Source: Methylocella sp.
GTDB taxonomy: Bacteria > Pseudomonadota > Alphaproteobacteria > Rhizobiales > Beijerinckiaceae
DNA length: 64,000 nucleotides
Direction: 5' to 3'
NCBI GenBank assembly: GCA_036561105.1
Contig: DATBPZ010000019.1
Coordinates: 14,757-78,756, forward strand
Made by a program: the position numbers and the translations under genes. The notes under the pieces are model-generated. The model was not told where the DNA came from. It ran no database searches and worked only from the letters and a program-made list of their open reading frames with translations. How positions within the stretch are numbered: the first letter of the stretch is position 1; every line of letters begins with the position of its first letter. This document shows, in pieces, positions 56,410 to 64,000 of this stretch.

Positions 56410-57785
56410 AAGTCGTCATGGCAAGCGATATCCTGATAGTGGACGACGAAGCCGATATCCGCGAAATTGTCTCGGGAATTTTGTCGGACGAGGGTCACGG
56501 CACGCGGACGGCGAAGAATTCCGACGAAGCGTTGAACGCCATCGCGGCAAGGCGTCCCACCCTCGTTTTCCTCGATATTTGGCTGCAGGGATCGCGGCTT
56601 GACGGTCTCCAATTGCTGAAGATCATCAAGGACCAAAATCCGGTGCTTCCGGTCGTCATGATATCCGGTCACGGAAATATCGAGACGGCGGTTTCCGCGA
56701 TCAAGCTTGGAGCCTATGATTTTATCGAAAAACCGTTCAAGGCGGATCGTTTGGTGCTGGTCGCTGAGCGCGCACTTGAAGCCTCGCGATTGAAGCGCGA
56801 AGTGACGGAGTTGCGAACGCGCGCCGGACGCAGCAACAAGATTGTCGGCCGGTCGCCCGCGATCAATCAATTGCGCCAGGTAATCGAGCGGGTGGGGCCA
56901 GCCAACTCACGGGTCTTGATCACCGGCGCGCCGGGCGCGGGAAAGGAACTGGCGGCACGAAGCATCCATGATGCATCCGCCCGTGCAAACGGTCCTTTTA
57001 TCACTATCAACTCGGCGACGATCGAGCCAGAAACAATGGAAATGGAATTGTTCGGCGTCGAAGCCAAGGAGGGACGCCCCCGTACAGTCGGTGCGCTCGA
57101 GGAATCGCATGGCGGCACGCTCTATCTCGACGAAATCGCCGACATGCCCAAAGAGACCCAGGGGAAAATTCTGCGCGTTCTGGTCGAACAGAATTTTCTT
57201 CGCGTCGGAGGTTCGACCCGCGTTCATGTCGATGTCCGTATTATCTCGTCAAGCTCGCGCGACCTTCCAAAACTGATCGCCGATGGCGCCTTTCGCGAGG
57301 ATCTTTTCCATCGCCTTGCTGTTGTGCCGGTTCGCGTCCCCTCGGTCAGCGAGCACCGTGAGGACATCGCCGAGCTTATCGCCTATTTCATGGAACAGCT
57401 TTCGATCACGACCGGAATGCCAAAGCGCGTAATCGCCGACGACGCCATGGCGGTTCTCCAATCGCATGATTGGCCCGGCAATATCAGACAATTGCGCAAC
57501 AACGTCGAGCGACTGATGATTCTTGCCAGCGGCGATCCAGAGGCACCGGTCACCGCCGATATGCTGCCATCCGAGATTGGTGCCCTCGTTCCCTCGACTC
57601 CAAATGGCGCAGGCGGCGAGAAATTGATGAGCTTGCCGTTGCGGGATGCCAGGGAAGTCTTCGAGCGGGAATATCTCGTCGCCCAGCTCAACCGGTTCGG
57701 CGGCAATATTTCGCGCACCGCTGAATTCATCGGCATGGAGCGCTCGGCCTTGCACCGCAAATTGAAGTCGCTACAGGTCGATTGA
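56406..57785 (+). CDS. ntrX: Sigma-54-interaction-domain response regulator NtrX
   Basis: 459 aa. Receiver domain (ILIVDDEADIREI..FLDIWL), AAA+ domain (ITGAPGAGKE, GGTLYLDEI), and a C-terminal HTH (GGNISRTAEFIGMERSALHRKLK). Confidence 0.9.
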   Translation: MKVVMASDILIVDDEADIREIVSGILSDEGHGTRTAKNSDEALNAIAARRPTLVFLDIWLQGSRLDGLQLLKIIKDQNPVLPVVMISGHGNIETAVSAIKLGAYDFIEKPFKADRLVLVAERALEASRLKREVTELRTRAGRSNKIVGRSPAINQLRQVIERVGPANSRVLITGAPGAGKELAARSIHDASARANGPFITINSATIEPETMEMELFGVEAKEGRPRTVGALEESHGGTLYLDEIADMPKETQGKILRVLVEQNFLRVGGSTRVHVDVRIISSSSRDLPKLIADGAFREDLFHRLAVVPVRVPSVSEHREDIAELIAYFMEQLSITTGMPKRVIADDAMAVLQSHDWPGNIRQLRNNVERLMILASGDPEAPVTADMLPSEIGALVPSTPNGAGGEKLMSLPLRDAREVFEREYLVAQLNRFGGNISRTAEFIGMERSALHRKLKSLQVD

Positions 57786-57826
57786 GCCCGTCTCGTGCCA
57801 TAGAGTTTGGAGCCGCAAAAGGGCTA

Positions 57827-59221
57827 ATGGAACGTTCGTTGAGGAAGGGGGCGCTTGGCCTTCTCGATTCTGCCATCATGGCCGTCGCCGGTTCGGCACC
57901 GGCCTATTCGATCACCGCCAGCACCGCGGCACTGATCGCCGCCGTGGGCCTCGCCGGACCAGCGGCGTTGCTGATCGCATTTCTCCCGATGACTGGCATC
58001 ACGATAGCTTTCTCCTATCTCAATATGTGGCGGTCGGATGCCGGAGCTGCCTACGCCTGGGTCGGACGCGCGATCCATCCCGCACTCGGATTCATCGCGG
58101 GCTGGGCGCTGCTCAGCCTTTCGACGATCTTCATGGTCGCCGCGGCGCTTCCGGCTGGCGAGGCCACGCTCGATCTTGTTGCGCCAGGTCAACTTCATAA
58201 TGTCCTTTGGGCGACGGCGATCGGCACCCTCTGGTTCCTGGGCGTGCTGGCGCTCGTGACATTGGGTATCACCGCGACCGCCAAAGTCCAGGCCGTGCTG
58301 ACATTGATCGAAGTGGCTGCCGTGATCCTCATCGGCGGACTTGCGATCTGGCACTCGCGCATGGCACCCGCAGCCGCGTTTTCCTGGGACTGGTTCATGC
58401 CATCCCGTTTCGGCTCCTTCAATTCCTTCTCAGCCGGGATGCTGGTCGCGATCTTCTATTTTTTCGGCTGGGACGTGTCGTCCAATCTCGCGGAAGAAAC
58501 AAAAAATGCCAAACACGCGGCCGGCTTCGGCGGCATCGCCGGCGTGCTCGTAATCTTTGCCCTTTTTCTCCTCGCGCAAGTCGCCATCCAGATGGCCTTG
58601 ACGTCCGATGATATCCAGGTGAACGCCGCAAATTTGCTTCCGGCTCTCGGCCATGCGGCGTTCGGCCGCCCCTGGAGTGCCATCGCGGTTCTGACAGTGA
58701 TGGTGAGCGCGGTTGCGACGCTTCAAACACAGCTCCTTCAATGCACGCGGCTGTTGTTCTCGATGGCCCGCGACCGGGTGATCGGCCAGTCCATGGGCTG
58801 GTTGCATCCACGCTTCCAGACGCCCTGGCTCGCGGGCATCGCTGTGGCGTTTATCTCGCTTGTTCTCTTCGCGGCCTCAGCCACGGTGCCCAGCCTCAAT
58901 CAATTGATGAGCGAACTCATCAATGCGATTGGCGTGCAGGTCTCATTCTACTATGCGCTGGCAGGCATTGCCTGCGTTTGGTATTACCGTCATGTGCTGT
59001 TCACCAGCTGGAAGATTTTCTTGCTGGCGGGGATTGTTCCGCTGACATCCGCATTCTTCGTCGCCAGCGTCGGACTTTATGAACTGCCGCAACTCGGCTT
59101 TCGCATCTCCGTGATAAGTGTGGGTACGATCCTGATTGGCATTGTGCCCCTATGCTACTATCGCCGACTCTATAAGAGCAGCTTTTACACGGACCCGCCG
59201 GAATCCGCCAAGATTACTTAA
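57827..59221 (+). CDS. APC-superfamily amino acid/polyamine permease
   Basis: Track start TTG 57782; ATG 57827 (MERSLRKGALGLLDSAIMAVAGSAPAYS) preferred. About 12 TM helices with the typical APC N-terminal motif. Confidence 0.85.
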   Translation: MERSLRKGALGLLDSAIMAVAGSAPAYSITASTAALIAAVGLAGPAALLIAFLPMTGITIAFSYLNMWRSDAGAAYAWVGRAIHPALGFIAGWALLSLSTIFMVAAALPAGEATLDLVAPGQLHNVLWATAIGTLWFLGVLALVTLGITATAKVQAVLTLIEVAAVILIGGLAIWHSRMAPAAAFSWDWFMPSRFGSFNSFSAGMLVAIFYFFGWDVSSNLAEETKNAKHAAGFGGIAGVLVIFALFLLAQVAIQMALTSDDIQVNAANLLPALGHAAFGRPWSAIAVLTVMVSAVATLQTQLLQCTRLLFSMARDRVIGQSMGWLHPRFQTPWLAGIAVAFISLVLFAASATVPSLNQLMSELINAIGVQVSFYYALAGIACVWYYRHVLFTSWKIFLLAGIVPLTSAFFVASVGLYELPQLGFRISVISVGTILIGIVPLCYYRRLYKSSFYTDPPESAKIT

Positions 59222-61220
59222 ATGTCATGATGATCGCATCGGAGGCGAGGATGTCGCCGGGCTGAACGTGAATTTTCGCGACCGTCGCGTCGAATTCCGC
59301 GCAAACGGCGGTTTCCATTTTCATCGCTTCGATGATGCAGAGTGTTTCGCCGGTTCTTACCGCCTGCCCTGCAATCACAGGAATTGCTTTGACAAGACCA
59401 GGCATTGAACAGCGCAGGACATTGGACCCCGCCGGCGGTTTTTTCTCTGGAATGAGTTGAGCCAATTCTGCTTCCCACCGCGTAAAGACGCGCGCATCCA
59501 CGCCAAAACCACCATGCGTCAAATGGATGCCATTGAGGAGTGGGCGTACTTGGACTGCGATCGATTCGCCATCGATCGTGCCGATCCAGACTGGCTGGCC
59601 TGGTACCCAATGAGAAACGCAAAGGCACGCACGTTTGGTATCCTCGAAGCAAACAGCGAGACCTTCGCTTCCATCATCGAGAGTCACATCATGCCGTATC
59701 TTGCCGAGCATGACCGAGCGCGTCCGGGTAAACTTCAGCGGTTGCGGCAAAGGCACTTGTCCGGAAATCTTGCGCTTGCGCTCATTCATCAGGTGATCAA
59801 TTGCCGCCGCCACACAGGCGAACAGCACCGAGATTTCACCTTGCGGGGCAACCGGCGTGAAGCCGCGCGGATATTCCTCCGCGATAAATCCCGTCGAGAG
59901 CCGTCCCGCGCGAAAGCGTTCATGCCCCATCACGGAAGCAAGAAACGCAATGTTGTTGGCAACCCCTTCAATGACGAAACGATCGAGCGCTCGCGCCTGT
60001 GCCTCAATCGCTGTCGTTCGATCAGGTGCATGGGTTACGAGCTTCGCGATCAACGAATCGTAATGGATGGAAACTTCGTCGCCTTCGCGGACGCCTGTAT
60101 CGATACGCAATGCAGTGCCACCGAGTTCTCCGTCGCCAGGCGGGCGATATGTCTTGAGACGCCCGGCCGAGGGGAGAAAATTGCGGCTTGGATCTTCGGC
60201 CAGGATACGGCTTTCGATCGCCGAACCTTCAAAACGGACACCGGCTTGCGTCAAGGCCAGTCTCTGACCGGCCGCCGAACGGATCATTTGCTCGACGATG
60301 TCGATGCCGGTGATGAGTTCGGTCACCCGGTGCTCGACTTGAAGCCTTGTGTTCATTTCAAGAAAATAGAAGTTTCCATCTTGCGTGGCGATGAATTCAA
60401 CGGTTCCGGCGGAATCATATTTTACCGCGCGGGCCAGGGCGATTGCCTGTTCGCCCATCTTGTCGCGGGTCTCCCCTTCAAGGAAAAGGGATGGCGCTTC
60501 CTCGATGATTTTTTGATGGCGGCGCTGGATCGAACATTCGCGTTCGCCAAGATGAATAAGGTTTCCGTGTTTATCGCCTAGCACTTGAATTTCGATGTGC
60601 CGCGGATCGGTGATGTACTTTTCCATAAAAACCCGGCCATCACCGAAGGCGCTTTTTGCTTCCGATGTAGCGCGAGCGAAGCCTTCCGCAATCCCCTCCC
60701 TGGATTCGACAATGCGCATTCCTCTACCGCCGCCACCGGCCGACGCTTTGAGGATCACCGGATAGCCTATGTCCTTGGCGATCGCGGCCGCCGAGTGGGC
60801 GTCATCGATGACGCCGGAAAACCCCGGCACTGTTGCAACGCCAGCATTTTGCGCGAGCTTCTTGGCTTCGATCTTATCGCCCATCGCCTCGATGGCTCTC
60901 GGATGGGGGCCGATAAATGCAATGCCGCTGGCTGCCAGGGCGCGCGGAAACGCCGCCTGCTCCGACAAAAACCCATAGCCAGGATGGACCGCGTCGGCGC
61001 CCGCCGCCTTGCAGGCCGCGATGATATTTTCGATGGAAAGATAGCTTTCAGCCACGGGTGGCGGCCCGATCCGTACCGCCTCATCCGCCATCCCCATATG
61101 CAGCGCGTCCCTGTCGGCATCGGAGTAGACGGCGACCGTTGCAATCCCCATCCCGCGTGCTGTGGCGATTACTCGGCAAGCGATCTCGCCCCTATTCGCA
61201 ATAAGAATTTTCTTGAACAT
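59214..61220 (-). CDS. pccA: Propionyl-CoA carboxylase alpha subunit (biotin carboxylase + BCCP domains)
   Basis: Track ORF to 61322; start set at ATG 61220 ([41 protein letters not shown]). ATP-grasp motifs, a BT linker (FIAEEYPRGF) and C-terminal biotinyl site IEAMKME. The N-terminus closely follows alphaproteobacterial PccA as I remember it. Confidence 0.85.
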   Translation of the reverse strand: MFKKILIANRGEIACRVIATARGMGIATVAVYSDADRDALHMGMADEAVRIGPPPVAESYLSIENIIAACKAAGADAVHPGYGFLSEQAAFPRALAASGIAFIGPHPRAIEAMGDKIEAKKLAQNAGVATVPGFSGVIDDAHSAAAIAKDIGYPVILKASAGGGGRGMRIVESREGIAEGFARATSEAKSAFGDGRVFMEKYITDPRHIEIQVLGDKHGNLIHLGERECSIQRRHQKIIEEAPSLFLEGETRDKMGEQAIALARAVKYDSAGTVEFIATQDGNFYFLEMNTRLQVEHRVTELITGIDIVEQMIRSAAGQRLALTQAGVRFEGSAIESRILAEDPSRNFLPSAGRLKTYRPPGDGELGGTALRIDTGVREGDEVSIHYDSLIAKLVTHAPDRTTAIEAQARALDRFVIEGVANNIAFLASVMGHERFRAGRLSTGFIAEEYPRGFTPVAPQGEISVLFACVAAAIDHLMNERKRKISGQVPLPQPLKFTRTRSVMLGKIRHDVTLDDGSEGLAVCFEDTKRACLCVSHWVPGQPVWIGTIDGESIAVQVRPLLNGIHLTHGGFGVDARVFTRWEAELAQLIPEKKPPAGSNVLRCSMPGLVKAIPVIAGQAVRTGETLCIIEAMKMETAVCAEFDATVAKIHVQPGDILASDAIIMTFK

Positions 61221-61415
61221 CCAAAGCCCCGGAATGGGTGCCGCGCCCTTCGCGTCGTGCAACCCCGGCGTCTTTGCCGTCCAGGGCCGCAGGCAAGTTG
61301 GTCCGCCGCGTCCATAACACAAAATTCGGCCGGCTGTGTCTAAACGGCAATAAGGTAATGATATAACATATGATACGACCGATCCCAGCGCCGGATGAAA
61401 TCAAAGGAAAAGATC

Positions 61416-63584
61416 ATGCTGTTCGTACCCCGTGGACGGGTAAAAATGAGCACCGTCGTCCTGACACTTGCCGCCACTCCCGCTTTTGCGGAGAGTCTCG
61501 CCCCACCGTCTCAAGCATCAACCGACGCTGGGACAGCGACCATCACTCTCGAAACACTCGAAGTCATCTCGCAACAACTCGACTCCGCGCGTCTTCAAAT
61601 TCAGCCGAGCCTCGGCGCCAGTACCTATTACTTTGGCCCAGAGGCGCTTGAGACGATCCCACAAGGCGAAAACGCACCCTTAAACCAGGTCATGCTGCAA
61701 ATGCCTGCCGTTGCGCAGGACAGTTTTGGCCAGATTCATGTGCGCGGCGATCATGCCAATGTGCAATTCAGGATCAATGGCGTGCAGTTGCCCGAGGGTC
61801 TCTCGGTCTTCGGGCAGGCCCTCGAAACCCGCTTCGCCAACAGCATTTCGCTGCTTACCGGTGCGCTGCCCGCGCAATATGGATTTTTTACCGCTGGCGT
61901 ATTGGACATCCAGACCAAGACCGGTCTCACCAATCCCGGTATGGCCGTTACCATGTATGGGGGCAGCTTCAATTGGCTGCAGCCGAGCTTCGAATATGGC
62001 GGGCACGAAGGTCCCGTCGATTGGTTCTTCACCGGCGATTATTTGGCGAACGGCCGTGGCATCGAGAACCCCGCCGCGACCTACAATGCAATTCACGACG
62101 CGACACAGCAGCTCCACGGCTTTTCCTATATGTCAGGCATTATCGATCCCAATACGCGGGTGAGCGTGTTCGGCGGCGCTTTCGACGGACGGTTTCAAAT
62201 TCCCAACAATCCTGGCCAAATACCCTCTCTTGGTCTCAACGTGCTGGGAATCACCTCATTCAACAGCAACCTCCTCAACGAGGTCCAGCACGAGTCAAAC
62301 CAGTTCGGCGTGCTGTCACTGCAAAAGCATGTCGATGATATCGATATGCAACTCTCGGCCTTTGTCCGCAACAGTGTACTGTCCTTTAGTCCTGACGTGA
62401 TCGGCGATCTCTTGTTCAACGGGGTAACCCCTTTCGCGCGGCGATCCGACCTCGCGGAGGGCGTACAGGCTGACGCAAGCTGGCGGATCAACGATAGCCA
62501 CACGTTGCGGGGCGGCTTCCTCGGGCAGGTTGAGACCACGGCCTTTGACACGAATTCTTTCGTGCTACCTGCCGATGCGACAGGCGCCCAGACTTCGGAT
62601 GTGCCGCTTGGCGTCGTCGATAATGGCTCCCGGACCGGCGGTCTGTATGGGATCTACCTTCAGGATGAATGGCGGCTTTTGCCGGCCCTGACGCTCAACG
62701 CCGGTGTGCGCTTCGACGCGGTGAATCAGTTCACCAATGAGAATCAGGTGAGCCCTCGTGTGAATTTGGTCATGAAGGCAACCGAGTCCACAACAGTCCA
62801 TGCCGGCTATTCCCGTTATTTCGTGCCACCGCCTTTCGAACTCGTCGCCCCGGCGGCGATCGCGCTTTTCAACAATACGACGGCGGTCCCCGCTGTCCAG
62901 CAAGACGGCGTCGTCAGGGCGGAGCGGTCGCATTATTTCGATATTGGCGTTAACCAGATTCTCGTCCCTGGCCTCACAATCGGTCTCGATGGCTATTACA
63001 AACTCGCGACAAATCTCATCGACGAAGGCCAATTCGGCGCACCGATCATTTTAACCGCGTTCAATTACGCCAAGGCCTATGTCGCAGGGGGCATCTTCAC
63101 CGTAAGTTACGACCAGGGGCCATGGTCAGTCTATGGCAATGTCGCCTATTCGCGCGCCATGGGAACAAACATCAACTCCGCGCAGTTCAATTTCGCGCCG
63201 GACGAACTGGCTTACATTGCGCAAAACTATATCCATCTCGACCATGATCAGACATGGACTGGCTCGGCAGGAATGGCCTACACTTTCAATCAGGGCACAA
63301 AATACCAAACCCGTGTGTCAGCCGATCTCTTGGTGCAAAGCGGCCTGCGCTCCAGCACGCCAACCGTGCCCAACGGCGGGTCGCTGCCAGCCTATTTGGT
63401 CGTCAATGCCAGCATCGTCCAAAAACTCGATCTCGGGATCGGGCAAGGAACCGAACTTCGCCTGGATGTCTTGAATGTTGGTGACGCGATCTATGAAATC
63501 CGCGATGGATCCGGGGTTGGCGTCGGCGCGCCGCAATTTGGCACCCGCCGCGCGATCCTTGCGGGGTTGACCCAGCGATTTTGA
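61416..63584 (+). CDS. TonB-dependent outer-membrane receptor
   Basis: Track start 61395; ATG 61416 follows AAAGGAAAAG and gives the signal peptide MLFVPRGRVKMSTVVLTLAATPAFA. Plug motifs (HVRGDHANVQFRINGVQLPEG, LTGALPAQYG), a 22-strand-like barrel, C-terminal ..LAGLTQRF. Confidence 0.9.
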   Translation: MLFVPRGRVKMSTVVLTLAATPAFAESLAPPSQASTDAGTATITLETLEVISQQLDSARLQIQPSLGASTYYFGPEALETIPQGENAPLNQVMLQMPAVAQDSFGQIHVRGDHANVQFRINGVQLPEGLSVFGQALETRFANSISLLTGALPAQYGFFTAGVLDIQTKTGLTNPGMAVTMYGGSFNWLQPSFEYGGHEGPVDWFFTGDYLANGRGIENPAATYNAIHDATQQLHGFSYMSGIIDPNTRVSVFGGAFDGRFQIPNNPGQIPSLGLNVLGITSFNSNLLNEVQHESNQFGVLSLQKHVDDIDMQLSAFVRNSVLSFSPDVIGDLLFNGVTPFARRSDLAEGVQADASWRINDSHTLRGGFLGQVETTAFDTNSFVLPADATGAQTSDVPLGVVDNGSRTGGLYGIYLQDEWRLLPALTLNAGVRFDAVNQFTNENQVSPRVNLVMKATESTTVHAGYSRYFVPPPFELVAPAAIALFNNTTAVPAVQQDGVVRAERSHYFDIGVNQILVPGLTIGLDGYYKLATNLIDEGQFGAPIILTAFNYAKAYVAGGIFTVSYDQGPWSVYGNVAYSRAMGTNINSAQFNFAPDELAYIAQNYIHLDHDQTWTGSAGMAYTFNQGTKYQTRVSADLLVQSGLRSSTPTVPNGGSLPAYLVVNASIVQKLDLGIGQGTELRLDVLNVGDAIYEIRDGSGVGVGAPQFGTRRAILAGLTQRF

Positions 63585-63893
63585 TTTCGCACGAAATTTT
63601 TTCCCAAAAAGTGAAGTTGTGCACACTCGCTCGAGCTTTTGGTCCCGGAAGGGCGGGCGCTCACGCGGCCCGCAGCCCAACCAATCCGAGTGAGAGGGGA
63701 CCACGACACGGATATTCACGATAATCAAATGCGCCGAGCGCAATCCGTCTTAAGCCGCAAAGCATGTGGTGACGGCGCTTCCTGTCAAGCCACGGGCGAT
63801 CGAAATGGGATCGAAGACTCTCTTCCCTCGATGGAACCAGTTCATGTTGATGCCGTTAGTAGGCCACCTGCAGATAACTCAGGAGGAACAACC

Positions 63894-63980
63894 ATGGGAC
63901 TCGGACGCGGTGCCCTGCTTTGGCTACTGGGAGTACCTTTGCCAATCATCCTTTTACTCGTTCTGTTCTGGCATAACTGA
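63894..63980 (+). CDS. Possible 28-aa hydrophobic small protein
   Basis: AGGAGG 7 nt upstream of the ATG. MGLGRGALLWLLGVPLPIILLLVLFWHN is a single TM helix. It forms the tail of a 113-aa track ORF whose upstream part does not look coding. Confidence 0.35.
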   Translation: MGLGRGALLWLLGVPLPIILLLVLFWHN

Positions 63981-64000
63981 AAGAGGGCCGAAGCGAACGC

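Noticed and set aside
63800-63893. Fluoride (crcB) or guanidine-II/III riboswitch before the 28-codon ORF
   Set aside because: The GATGG and TGATG strings are present. However, the required P1 stem and pseudoknot complementarity, and the ACGR tetraloop hairpins of mini-ykkC, are absent.

Overview
This is a chromosomal window of roughly 60% G+C from an alphaproteobacterium. It is probably Hyphomicrobiales/Rhizobiales: the dnaK-dnaJ-pmtA-pyrF-dapB order resembles Bradyrhizobium, and it carries plant-type gshA, ntrYX, trmFO and aroQ-accB-accC. Most of it is densely packed housekeeping genes: ribD', nrdR, glyA, murI, dnaKJ, pyrF, dapB, putA, eno, accBC, aroQ, trmFO, ubiA, rsmE, gshA, pccA, one tRNA-Gly(UCC) and an Mla/Mce-type ABC operon. 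I saw no rRNA, CRISPR array, IS element, prophage or recognisable defence system. Two regions look accessory and under-described. (1) A minus-strand four-gene envelope operon at 22449-26047 encodes a coiled-coil porin, a secreted FMN_bind protein with an SGAT flavinylation motif, an ApbE flavin transferase, and a tiny 4-TM protein whose only four histidines sit at helix ends. This pattern suggests a flavin/heme trans-envelope electron-transfer module of unknown function. (2) A copper/metal cluster at 47264-52850 encodes a DUF2946-like CPCCP protein, an outer-membrane barrel, CopC, CopD, a degenerate Tat-signal CopC paralog, a VIT1/CCC1 transporter and an MgtC/DUF4010 protein. It is preceded by a Fur-box-like palindrome. 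Smaller oddities include an OprB porin with no canonical start codon directly after the tRNA, nested inverted repeats in an AT-rich divergent promoter, and an Ivy-like protein with a CKSQDC loop. There is also an isolated BY-kinase behind an AT-rich leader, and a 5-codon uORF or frameshift at a CBS gene. All calls come from reading the sequence and the ORF track. No database search was run, so family names rest on recognised motifs.
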